A stretch of 64,000 nucleotides of DNA from an uncultured Pseudomonadales bacterium (GTDB taxonomy: Bacteria; Pseudomonadota; Gammaproteobacteria; Pseudomonadales; JAHEIH01). The translations under genes and the position numbers were made by a program. The notes under the pieces are model-generated. The model saw nothing but the letters and a program-made list of their open reading frames with translations. It was not told the DNA's origin and did not search any database. Of the stretch, positions 22,038 through 30,238 are shown piece after piece. Within the stretch, counting starts at the first letter, position 1, and every line of letters begins with the position of its first letter. The stretch covers positions 403,795-467,794 of the forward strand of contig CAZRAM010000002.1 in NCBI GenBank assembly GCA_964598145.1, in the 5' to 3' direction.

Positions 22038-22211
22038 ATGGAAGATCGAGATCTGCACAAATCTTTCTGGTTACAAGAAGCTTGGCACATCGAGCGCGAA
22101 GGCGCCCGTGCGGCCAGTATGGGTAAGTCCGATCGCGATTGCCCCTACCGTGGTGATTGGCGTGCCGATCTGTGGCGTCAAGGGCTTCGCCAAACCAATC
22201 AGCAACGCTGA
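22038..22211 (+). CDS. small Rmf/CrpP-like protein (57 aa), divergent ribosome-modulation-factor fold
   Basis: Not in the ORF track because it is under 60 aa. ATG 22038 has GGAG 9 nt upstream, and TGA is at 22209-22211 followed by a strong terminator. The translation is MEDRDLHKSFWLQEAWHIEREGARAASMGKSDRDCPYRGDWRADLWRQGLRQTNQQR. The G-x3-A-x3-G-[KR]-S-x3-CPY...W pattern parallels E. coli Rmf (GYQAGIAGRSKEMCPY...WLGGW), but the N-terminus is acidic rather than basic. Confidence 0.5.
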   Translation: MEDRDLHKSFWLQEAWHIEREGARAASMGKSDRDCPYRGDWRADLWRQGLRQTNQQR

Positions 22212-22216
22212 ATGTC

Positions 22217-22247
22217 AACGCCGCTTTTGAAGCGGCGTTTTCGTTTT
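22217..22247 (+). terminator. Rho-independent terminator after the Rmf-like ORF
   Basis: Stem aacgccgctt/aagcggcgtt followed by ttcgtttt. Confidence 0.7.
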
Positions 22248-22350
22248 AAGCATCGATATTTGCTAGTGCGCTTACGTTTAACCTTGCGCCCTGCGTGAGG
22301 CAAGCTTAGGATAGGCAGCCTTAAAAGACGCTAATCTGTAGGAGAAAACG

Positions 22351-22893
22351 GTGCTGCGACGCGCATTGCATAACTGGCTGTTTAGGTGGACGGCCGATAA
22401 GCCTTGTCGACTGATTTACGTCGAAGACCGCCCCTATCTCGAGCGCTACTACCTCGGTCAGTTGTTCGGTTACATTATTTACCTGCACCGCTTTGTGTCG
22501 AGTGACCGCGAACGCCATATCCACAACCATCCGTGGCAGCGCGGTTTTACCTGGATTGTGTGCGGTCGCTATCGCGAAGAGAAACTCATTGATCTGTGCC
22601 CCACGGCGGGCGAGTCGGGTTGTGTGACGCACATTACTACCCGCCGCTGGTTCGGTCGCGTCAACGGCAATACCTTTCACCGTATCCACGATGCCATCCC
22701 CGGTACCTGGACGCTATTTGTACACTCGCCCTTTATGAAGGACAAGGGCTGGGGGTTTATGTCGCAGTCCCCCAATGACCCGACCCAGACCATTTTCACC
22801 ACCCACCTGTCGCGCTCTAGTCGCCGCTGGTGGGAAACCCAGCCCGCGGGTCGCGACATGCCTCGCCAACCGGTGGAGTTTTTTGCGCCGTAG
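22351..22893 (+). CDS. conserved hypothetical protein with H-x-H-P-W motif (function unknown)
   Basis: 180 aa with a GTG start 6 nt after GGAG. The motif string YLERYYL...IYLHRFVSSDRERHIHNHPW...NGNTFHRI recalls an uncharacterised family I cannot name. Confidence 0.55.
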   Translation: MLRRALHNWLFRWTADKPCRLIYVEDRPYLERYYLGQLFGYIIYLHRFVSSDRERHIHNHPWQRGFTWIVCGRYREEKLIDLCPTAGESGCVTHITTRRWFGRVNGNTFHRIHDAIPGTWTLFVHSPFMKDKGWGFMSQSPNDPTQTIFTTHLSRSSRRWWETQPAGRDMPRQPVEFFAP

Positions 22894-22913
22894 CGTTCTT
22901 GTCTTGGGTGTCC

Positions 22914-23396
22914 TTAGGTCAAGGGGGCGTTTTCAACGATCGCCTGCATCGCGACATAGGTCGCGGTGTTGGACATGTGGGGTAGGGTAGAGATCTTTTC
23001 CGCCAGCACGCGGCGGTAGTCGCTCATGTTGTGGGTGCGAATTTTCAGCAAGTAATCAAAGTGTCCTGCGATCAGGTGTACCTGCTCTACTTCTGGGATG
23101 TTTTTCACCGCGTTATTAAATTCTGCCAGCGCCCGTTCGCGGGTGTCGCTGAGCTTAATTTCAACAAAGGCGATGTGGTCCATGCCTAGCAGAATGGGAT
23201 CTAGTACGGCGCGGTAGCCGCGGATATAGCCTTCTTTTTCGAGTCGCTTTAAGCGTGTTTGGGTGGGGGATTTCGACAGGCCAATGCGATCGGCCAATTC
23301 GGTCAGGCTGATACGGCCATTGGTACTTACCACACGCAGAATGGCGAGATCGAATTTATCGAGCTCAACGTTTGTTGTTCTGAATTTTTGGTTCAT
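22914..23396 (-). CDS. Lrp/AsnC-family transcriptional regulator
   Basis: 160 aa with HTH_AsnC (LDKFDLAILRVVSTNGRISLTELADRIGLSKSPTQTRLKRLEKEGYI) and a RAM/ligand domain. Confidence 0.9.
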   Translation of the reverse strand: MNQKFRTTNVELDKFDLAILRVVSTNGRISLTELADRIGLSKSPTQTRLKRLEKEGYIRGYRAVLDPILLGMDHIAFVEIKLSDTRERALAEFNNAVKNIPEVEQVHLIAGHFDYLLKIRTHNMSDYRRVLAEKISTLPHMSNTATYVAMQAIVENAPLT

Positions 23397-23506
23397 AGCG
23401 AGGCTCTGTAGCGTTGCAGTGGCTAATATCAGGAGATTGTCTGCTAATACTAGGGTATTTAGGAGATCTGTGCTCGCCAGATGCGTGACTATTTCAATTT
23501 TTCAGC

Positions 23507-23535
23507 TTGAGCGGCCGCCTAAATCGCTCTAATAT
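23507..23535 (+). promoter_or_regulatory. candidate sigma-70 promoter of umuDC
   Basis: TTGAGC (23507-23512), 17 nt, then TAATAT (23530-23535). The -10 abuts the LexA box. Confidence 0.45.
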
Positions 23536-23554
23536 ACTGTATGTTTGTACAGTA
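23535..23554. promoter_or_regulatory. LexA (SOS) box upstream of umuD
   Basis: TACTGTATGTTTGTACAGTA is a perfect palindromic CTGT-N8-ACAG consensus, ending 15 nt before the umuD ATG. Confidence 0.9.
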
Positions 23555-23568
23555 TCTAGGAGTGAGCC

Positions 23569-24012
23569 ATGTCGGTGTCAATCATGGGGCGCTGCGACAG
23601 TGTTGAACTTCAGCAGGCGCTCCCCATCCCACTTTATCTTGAACGCGTGTCGGCGGGCTTTCCCTCGCCAGCACAGGACTTTATCGAGAAAACCCTCGAC
23701 CTCAACGAGCTGTGTATCCAGCACCCGGCGGCCACCTTCTTCGTGCGAGTCGAGGGCGAGTCGATGCGCGATGCGGGCATCTACCCCGGCGATGTGTTGG
23801 TGGTCGATCGCAGCTTGCACGCCAGCCATGGCGATATCGTGATCGCGAGCCTCGAAGGGGAAATGACCGTGAAGGAGTTGTGCACGCGGCCGCGTTTGGC
23901 GTTGCGGGCGCACAACCCGGCCTATCCCACCATCGCCATTGCCAACCCGGATGCCTTCGAGGTGTTCGGGGTGGTGACCAACGTGGTGCGGCCGTTGGCA
24001 CGAGGGCGCTGA
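23569..24012 (+). CDS. umuD: translesion-synthesis protein UmuD (S24 LexA-like peptidase)
   Basis: 147 aa with S24 blocks FFVRVEGESMRDAGIYPGDVLVVDR (catalytic Ser) and GEMTVKEL (Lys). A LexA box lies upstream and umuC follows 3 nt downstream. Confidence 0.92.
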   Translation: MSVSIMGRCDSVELQQALPIPLYLERVSAGFPSPAQDFIEKTLDLNELCIQHPAATFFVRVEGESMRDAGIYPGDVLVVDRSLHASHGDIVIASLEGEMTVKELCTRPRLALRAHNPAYPTIAIANPDAFEVFGVVTNVVRPLARGR

Positions 24013-24014
24013 GC

Positions 24015-25277
24015 GTGTACGCGCTGGTTGATTGCAATAATTTTTACGCTGCCTGCGAACGGCTGTTTCGACCCGATCTCAAGCATCGGCCTATCGTGGT
24101 GTTGTCGAACAACGACGGCTGTGTGGTGGCGCGCTCCTACGAAGCCAAGGCGCTAGGAATTAAGATGGGGGTGCCTATCTTTAAGGTGCGAGAAGACATC
24201 CGCCGCCATAACATCATGGTGTTTAGCTCTAACTACACGCTCTACGGCGATATATCGGCGCGGGTGATGTGTACCCTTGAGGCCATGGCGCCGCGGGTGG
24301 AGGTCTACTCCATCGACGAGGCCTTCCTCGACTTGCACGGTGTTAGCCACTGCCGCGACTTGGTTGCCTTCGGCGCCGAGGTACGCGAGCGGGTGTACCG
24401 CGATACCGGTATCCGAGTGTGTGTCGGAATGGGGCCAAGCAAAACCCTCGCTAAGTTAGCCAACTACGCCGCTAAAGCTTATCCGGCGACTCAGGGAGTG
24501 GTCGATCTGAGTGACCTGCAGCGTCGTCGGCGGTTGATGCATATCACCCCGGTAGATGAGGTGTGGGGGGTGGGGCGTCGCTTGGCGGTACGGTTGCGCG
24601 ACATGGGTATCAACACGGCCTTGCAACTGGCGGACTACAACAAAAAGGCGCTACGGCGGCACTTTTCGGTGGTACTCGAACGCACCGCGCGCGAGTTAAA
24701 CGGCGAAGATTGTCTCGATTTTGAGCAGGTGGCTGAACCCAAACAGCAGATCATGTGCAGCCGTTCCTTTGGCGAGCGAATCCACCGCATAGAGCCGATG
24801 CGCGAAGCGGTGGCCAAGTACGTCGCTAACGCCGCCGCCAAATTGCGCGCCGAGCACCAGCGCGCACAAGCCATTAGCCTGTTTATGCGCACCAGTATGT
24901 TTAGCGACCGCGAGCCGCGCTACAGCAATGCGGCGACGGTGAAATTGATGCGCCCGAGCGACGATACGCGAGTACTGATGAAACACGCCCAAGCGCTGGT
25001 AGGCCAGTTGTGGCGGGACGGTTTTGCCTATGCCAAGGCGGGGGTGTTGTTGGGTGACTTCTACCCGCGCTATGTGTGGCAGCCCAGCCTACTCGATTTG
25101 CTCGAGGTCGATCCGCGCGCCGATAAGTTGATGGCAACGATGGATGCGATCAACGCCAAACAGCGTGGAGCGGTGTTTTGGGCGCGGCAGAACAACGGCA
25201 CGCAGTGGCGTATGAAACAGGAGTTTCTATCGCCGGCCTATACCACCGACTGGCAGCAACTGCCGCGGGTGCGGTAG
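24015..25277 (+). CDS. umuC: DNA polymerase V catalytic subunit UmuC (Y-family)
   Basis: ORF-track ORF 23712..25277 trimmed to GTG 24015, giving (M)YALVDCNNFYAACERLFRPDL, which parallels the E. coli UmuC N-terminus. 420 aa, about the UmuC length. Confidence 0.9.
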   Translation: MYALVDCNNFYAACERLFRPDLKHRPIVVLSNNDGCVVARSYEAKALGIKMGVPIFKVREDIRRHNIMVFSSNYTLYGDISARVMCTLEAMAPRVEVYSIDEAFLDLHGVSHCRDLVAFGAEVRERVYRDTGIRVCVGMGPSKTLAKLANYAAKAYPATQGVVDLSDLQRRRRLMHITPVDEVWGVGRRLAVRLRDMGINTALQLADYNKKALRRHFSVVLERTARELNGEDCLDFEQVAEPKQQIMCSRSFGERIHRIEPMREAVAKYVANAAAKLRAEHQRAQAISLFMRTSMFSDREPRYSNAATVKLMRPSDDTRVLMKHAQALVGQLWRDGFAYAKAGVLLGDFYPRYVWQPSLLDLLEVDPRADKLMATMDAINAKQRGAVFWARQNNGTQWRMKQEFLSPAYTTDWQQLPRVR

Positions 25278-25283
25278 CGACAC

Positions 25284-26102
25284 TCAGTCGCTGCTCAATA
25301 AGGGGTCGTATATCCAACCTTCGAGCGGGTCGACGCCGCGGGGTTGGCCGTAGTGAGGTGCACCCTGACGCGCGGCCCAAGCCGCTTGGGTCGCGCATAA
25401 CAGCGCGTCGATCGCATCGCCGCTGGGGTCGTCGATTAGCTCGGCGTCGGCCTGTAAACGCAGACCGTAGTCGTGCAGCAGTTGCTCACTCTGCAGGTGT
25501 TGCCACAGCGTTAAGCGCGCCTGCTGTTGTGCCGGCGTTTGCTTGGCAGGGTCGTCTTGCTTGTAGGTAAGGCGGCCGATGTAACGCCGCGCCAACAGCC
25601 CAGGGTAGCACTCTAGTCCGATACGGGGGTCGCTGTTGTCGCGCAAGCCGGGTAAACAAATACCGCTGTTCAGTAGCCGCGGTGCGCCCTCAAAAAACAT
25701 TAATCCAACAGGCGTGCCATACAGTTTTTGAGGACTAATGGCACCGGCGCGTGCGTCGGCGACACGGCGGTGTTCTTTATCGCCGCTAGGTCGGTCGGCG
25801 CGGTAGTCGTCGAGCGTGGCGCGAAATTGGACGCGATCCCACTGGCTAACTAAGTCTACATAATCGCGCCATACCGGCGGCCAGCCAATGGTTTCAATAA
25901 AACGGCGCGGCATGGCGAAAGGGAAGTCCATGCCGGCTAGCCATGGCCCCGGGCGCTGCAGAAAATGTTCAAAGTCTGCCAACGACGACCAGCGCTGTAA
26001 TCCTTTTACCCGTAGCCAATCACCATCGAGGACCGCTTCAATGCAGGTGATGTGCTTGCGCTTGGTGGGCGTACTGGTGAAATCGATGCCGTAAATATCC
26101 AT
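25284..26102 (-). CDS. DUF429-like protein (predicted RNase H-fold nuclease family)
   Basis: 272 aa. The N-terminal MDIYGIDFTS... and overall pattern recall DUF429. This is a family assignment from memory, not a search. Confidence 0.6.
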   Translation of the reverse strand: MDIYGIDFTSTPTKRKHITCIEAVLDGDWLRVKGLQRWSSLADFEHFLQRPGPWLAGMDFPFAMPRRFIETIGWPPVWRDYVDLVSQWDRVQFRATLDDYRADRPSGDKEHRRVADARAGAISPQKLYGTPVGLMFFEGAPRLLNSGICLPGLRDNSDPRIGLECYPGLLARRYIGRLTYKQDDPAKQTPAQQQARLTLWQHLQSEQLLHDYGLRLQADAELIDDPSGDAIDALLCATQAAWAARQGAPHYGQPRGVDPLEGWIYDPLLSSD

Positions 26103-26228
26103 AAACTAAGGAAACCCAATAATTTTCGGTGCGTTACAGTAATCAGTGCTAAAATTTGCACGAAATATCACAAATCATGAAAGCCATTGAAGGCAAAATT
26201 AAGATAATGATTCTAAGGCAGTGAGCGA

Positions 26229-28457
26229 GTGGGGCAAGACTTCAATAATATAAAACGTTCGACCAAAAGCATCTTTGTGGTGTTGGCTTTGCTGTTGGCC
26301 ATCATGTTGGGCATCGAATGGCAGCAGGTTAATCACCGCGTGAGCTTCGTAAATAGCGAACAGTCCGGCTTGGCGTTACTAGAGCCGACAACGCAGTTGT
26401 TGGTGGCAATGGGTGAATATCGCGGTGTCTGCAGCGCGCAGCTTGCCGGTGATAGCAGCTTTGTAAACCAGTGTCAGCAGCGCCAGCAGACCGTTGAGAA
26501 GTACTTGAGCGCCCTTGAAGAGTCGGATCTAGCGCCTTTCCGTGCCGATGCTGAATGGCGTCGTCTGCAAATGCTGTGGAATCTGCAAATACAGGAGCGC
26601 GAAACGCTCAACGCTAATGGGCTGTTCGAAGAACTCACCCGTGGTATCAACTTGCTCATGGCGATCAACCAAAAAATCTATGCCTTTTCAAATTTGAAAC
26701 TCGACGACGAATTGCTGCCCTATAACTACGCAAAGTTACGTGCCGTGGCGATCCCAGAGTTACAAGAGTCGCTGGGTCAGATGCGTGGTCGCGGCACCAG
26801 TATTATGGTGCGAGGTAGCCTCGATAGCGAACAGAACAACGCGTTGATTCGCGGCCAAGCGATGATCGTTAACCAATTGAACGCGTTGTTGGATATGCGC
26901 CAAGAACTGACCGTGAGTGGTGACATCCCCAGCGATATTCAATTGGCCTTAACCAAGGCGATCGAGCAGATTCAGTACTTTTTGGAGATTAACGTTGACG
27001 TATTGTCGCGCCAAGATCGCTTAAGTAGCGATGGCGCCGAGCTCTTTTTTAGCGCGGGTACCCAGCCTATTTTACTGCTGCAGTCGCTGTCGCAACGGGT
27101 GCACGGTGAGTTGGAATCGATACTGCAACAGCGTCAAAACCGCGGCTATGTGATGCTGATGTTTCTCACGTTTTGTGTGGTGGTGATTTGCGGTGTGATG
27201 TGGTTTTTGTATCGACGCACCACTATGGCGATTGAGGCGATGGAAGAAAGCGAAATGCGCTATCGCGATGCCAGCGATGCTAAAACTCAGTTTCTGTCGA
27301 ACATGAGCCACGAATTGCGCACGCCATTGAACGGTATCTACGGCGTGTTGCAGATTTTGGATGGCGATAAGGATCAGCCTCGGCACTTACATAAATTGAC
27401 CCGCATCGCCCTCGAGTCGACCGAAATGTTAACCTCGTTGATCGGCAATATCCTCGATTTGGCCAAGATTGAGCGCCGCGAGGTAAACCTAGATCCCGAA
27501 CCCTTCATGATCAACGACATGTTGGAGACTTATTTACCTACCTTCCGTACTCTAGCGGATAAAAATGATACCGAGTTCAACTTTGTGATCGACCCGGATT
27601 GTCACCTGTATTGGCAGGGCGACAAGTTACGCATCATGCAAATCATTAACAATGTCGTGGGTAACGCCATCAAATTTTCGCCCAAGGCCAGTGTGACCTT
27701 TGGCGCCTCTTCGCACGACAACATGCTGCGCTTTGAGGTCCGCGATACCGGGATTGGTATGGATCAGAAGACCATCGATACCCTGTTCGACCGGTTTAGC
27801 CAAGGGGATAAAAGTCGCACCCGCGAGTTTCAGGGCAGCGGCCTCGGTATGGCGATCTGTAAAGAACTGTTGGATATGATGGGCGGCACCATCGAAGTAC
27901 ACAGCGAAGTTGGCCAGGGCAGTGAGTTCATCATCGAATTGCCACTGGAACCGCTCAGTATGCCGGTACAGCCCGAGGTAGCCATTCTACAGGCCATGGC
28001 AGACTTGGATGAAGAAGATTTACACGAGGCACAAGATTGGCGTGAGAGCCATGTGCTATTGGTTGACGATGCCATGACCAACCTGTTTGTGTTGGAAGCG
28101 ATGATGGCCACTATGGTGAAGCAAGTCAGTATTGCCAGCAGCGGTTTCGAGGCCTTAGAAATCATCAACCACACCCATGTCGACATGTTAGTGAGCGATA
28201 TCAGTATGCCGGGCATGGACGGTATGCAGCTACTCAAGCGTGTGAGGGCTTATCAGCCGCATATTCCCGCGGTGGCCTTGTCAGGTAACGTGTTGAAGGA
28301 AGATATTTTGGCCTACCGCAAAGCCGGCTTTGATGAGGTGCTGTCAAAGCCTGTGCAGAAGCGAGATCTACAGGCTGCCATGGAGAAGTCTTTCATTCTT
28401 CGCCAGGCCGAGCGCAACGGCGATATACCCGCTTCGGATAACCTCACCGTTCACTAG
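26229..28457 (+). CDS. hybrid sensor histidine kinase/response regulator
   Basis: 742 aa. Two TM segments flank an extracytoplasmic helical domain of about 270 aa. H-box SHELRTPLNG (His codon 27309-27311), G1 DTGIGM, G2 GSGLGMAI and a C-terminal receiver (VLLVDDAMTN...DMLVSDISMPGMDG...SKP). The GTG start is uncertain. Confidence 0.9.
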   Translation: MGQDFNNIKRSTKSIFVVLALLLAIMLGIEWQQVNHRVSFVNSEQSGLALLEPTTQLLVAMGEYRGVCSAQLAGDSSFVNQCQQRQQTVEKYLSALEESDLAPFRADAEWRRLQMLWNLQIQERETLNANGLFEELTRGINLLMAINQKIYAFSNLKLDDELLPYNYAKLRAVAIPELQESLGQMRGRGTSIMVRGSLDSEQNNALIRGQAMIVNQLNALLDMRQELTVSGDIPSDIQLALTKAIEQIQYFLEINVDVLSRQDRLSSDGAELFFSAGTQPILLLQSLSQRVHGELESILQQRQNRGYVMLMFLTFCVVVICGVMWFLYRRTTMAIEAMEESEMRYRDASDAKTQFLSNMSHELRTPLNGIYGVLQILDGDKDQPRHLHKLTRIALESTEMLTSLIGNILDLAKIERREVNLDPEPFMINDMLETYLPTFRTLADKNDTEFNFVIDPDCHLYWQGDKLRIMQIINNVVGNAIKFSPKASVTFGASSHDNMLRFEVRDTGIGMDQKTIDTLFDRFSQGDKSRTREFQGSGLGMAICKELLDMMGGTIEVHSEVGQGSEFIIELPLEPLSMPVQPEVAILQAMADLDEEDLHEAQDWRESHVLLVDDAMTNLFVLEAMMATMVKQVSIASSGFEALEIINHTHVDMLVSDISMPGMDGMQLLKRVRAYQPHIPAVALSGNVLKEDILAYRKAGFDEVLSKPVQKRDLQAAMEKSFILRQAERNGDIPASDNLTVH

Positions 28458-28475
28458 GTAGGGGCAAGAAGACAT

Positions 28476-28514
28476 AAAAAACCCGAGGCTGGTGAACAGA
28501 CTCGGGTTTTTTTT
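28476..28514. terminator. bidirectional Rho-independent terminator between convergent kinase and LRR genes
   Basis: aaaaaacccgag ... ctcgggtttttttt, with A-run and T-run flanks serving both strands. Confidence 0.75.
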
Positions 28515-28534
28515 AAGCTTCGAAAAGCGAGTGC

Positions 28535-30022
28535 TTATCCGGCACAGTGATCTGGCAGGGTCACCTCGAGGTCGGGCAGAGCGGTTTGCAATGTGCTAAT
28601 AGACGCGCAGTCGACACTGCCTGCACCGGTCAGAATTAAGCTGTCCAGCAAGGTCAAATCCGCCAGTGCAGAAACGTCGGTTACCGCGGTGTTGCTCAGG
28701 TCCAGCGTTTTCAGATTGGTGTTATTAGCCAACGTGCTCACGTCGGTGACGGCGCTGTTGGCGGCCTCCAAAATGGTCAAAATTCCAAGGTCTGTCAGGG
28801 CGCTTAAATCGCTGCTCGCTGTATTGCTTATTACCAATGTTTTCAACAGGCTAAGGCCAGCAATACCCGTCAAATCACTGACGTTGGCCCCGTCGATAGC
28901 GAGGTAGTTCAACGCCGACATGTCGGCCAGGGCTGTCAAGTCGCTCACCGGGTTGTTCGACAAGCCCAGGGTCACTAAGCTGGTGTTGCCAGCGATAGCG
29001 GTAATATCCGAAATATTGTTGTTGCTCAAGTTGAGCAGAAGCAACGAGGTGATGTCTTGCAGGGCGCTTATGTCGGCGATGCTGTTATCACCGAGCAGTA
29101 ATTGGCGCAGCGAAGCGAGTTGGCTCAACACGCTGAGGTCGGTCAACTGGTTGCCAATCAAGTCTAAATAGGTGATCTGGGTAAGTTCAGTCAGCGCGCT
29201 GATGTCGCTTACTGTGTTGTTGCGCAGGCTCAAACGCGTCAGGTCTACCAGGGTCGACAAGCTGCTAATATCGCTGATGGCGTTGCTGTCGGCATCAAGG
29301 TTAACAAGACTCACCAAACCGGCCAAAGGTGATACATCGCTAACGGTATTGTTGTTGAAACTAATCGCGCCCAATGCCGTTGCATCGGCGAGTGGACTGA
29401 GGTCGCTCACGCTGTTGTTGTCGAACGACAGGACCGCCAACACGGTTTTGCCGGCAAGGGCGCTAATGTCACTGACTTGGTTGTCCTTCATTTGTACGAT
29501 TTCGAGCAAACTTAAGTCTGCCAAGGGGCTAATATCGGTCAGGTCCAAACCATCGATATACAATGCACTTAGTTGTGTCATATTGGCCACGACTGAAATG
29601 TCGCTCACTTGGGTATTTTCGACATTCAAAAATTCCAGCGCCGTGAAACCACTTAACGCAGAAATGTCGCTGACAGGGTTGGCACCCAGGTGCAACGCTG
29701 TGATCTGCGTCATGCTGGTCAAGGGCGTGATATCGGTAATGCTGTTGTTTTCAACGTTGAGTGAGGTAAGACCGGTCAGCGTATCGATACCTTCTAGTGA
29801 GATAACGCCTTTATTATTACAGGTCAGGCTAGTGATATCGCTGATATTTTTGTATTGGTAAACGATGGCAATATTGGTCAGGCAGGTATTGAGTGCCTCG
29901 TCGCTAACGTCAAACACCAAGTCGGTGGTGGTGGGCAGCAAATAAGGGTTGGTGGCTTTGCCAGAACAGGCCGCGAGGACAGCAAACGTAGCGGCCAGAA
30001 CAGCTGAGCGAAATAGGGTCAT
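28535..30022 (-). CDS. leucine-rich-repeat (internalin-type) lipoprotein
   Basis: ORF trimmed to ATG 30022, giving MTLFRSAVLAATFAVLAAC (canonical lipobox LAAC). About 18 tandem 22-residue LRRs follow, with Cys-containing N- and C-terminal caps. Confidence 0.85.
   Translation of the reverse strand: MTLFRSAVLAATFAVLAACSGKATNPYLLPTTTDLVFDVSDEALNTCLTNIAIVYQYKNISDITSLTCNNKGVISLEGIDTLTGLTSLNVENNSITDITPLTSMTQITALHLGANPVSDISALSGFTALEFLNVENTQVSDISVVANMTQLSALYIDGLDLTDISPLADLSLLEIVQMKDNQVSDISALAGKTVLAVLSFDNNSVSDLSPLADATALGAISFNNNTVSDVSPLAGLVSLVNLDADSNAISDISSLSTLVDLTRLSLRNNTVSDISALTELTQITYLDLIGNQLTDLSVLSQLASLRQLLLGDNSIADISALQDITSLLLLNLSNNNISDITAIAGNTSLVTLGLSNNPVSDLTALADMSALNYLAIDGANVSDLTGIAGLSLLKTLVISNTASSDLSALTDLGILTILEAANSAVTDVSTLANNTNLKTLDLSNTAVTDVSALADLTLLDSLILTGAGSVDCASISTLQTALPDLEVTLPDHCAG
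28625..29836 (-). repeat. about 18 tandem 66-nt coding repeats (22-aa LRR units)
   Basis: Units such as LTSLNVENNSITDITPLTSMTQ / ITALHLGANPVSDISALSGFTA / LEFLNVENTQVSDISVVANMTQ and so on. The consensus is LxxLxLxxNxVSDISxLAxLTx. Confidence 0.85.
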
Positions 30023-30238
30023 GTGCATTTCCATGGGTCGATTGTGATCGAGAAGAAAGGCATTGTGCCGTGATTCTGCTCGAGAAAAAAGCCCTATTTT
30101 AGGCGCTGCGAGCTGGCCTAGCAACGTGCTAAAAAAACGATGCCTACGAATGCATAGCGCAATTCACCGGTGCAAGGTTCGCAGACGGTGGCAAAGCAGG
30201 TATTATCCGCTGATAAATAACACAATAGGGATACATGA

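Noticed and set aside
21928-22230. 100-aa track ORF overlapping the Rmf-like ORF in another frame
   Set aside because: It has no RBS and no recognisable motif. The 57-aa frame has an RBS, family-like motifs and a terminator placed right after its stop.
23712-24014. 101-codon N-terminal extension of the umuC ORF overlapping umuD out of frame
   Set aside because: It is Arg/Gly-rich translation typical of an open off-frame in GC-rich DNA. The UmuC homology begins at GTG 24015, right after the umuD stop.
26203-26221. Fur-box-like sequence GATAATGATTCTAAGGCAG upstream of the first hybrid kinase
   Set aside because: Only the first 9 positions match the 19-bp consensus, about 11/19 overall. That is insufficient without a PWM score.
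29172-29861. 229-aa repetitive plus-strand ORF (SLT/LLS-rich)
   Set aside because: It is antisense to the LRR gene. Its periodicity simply mirrors the 66-nt LRR repeats.
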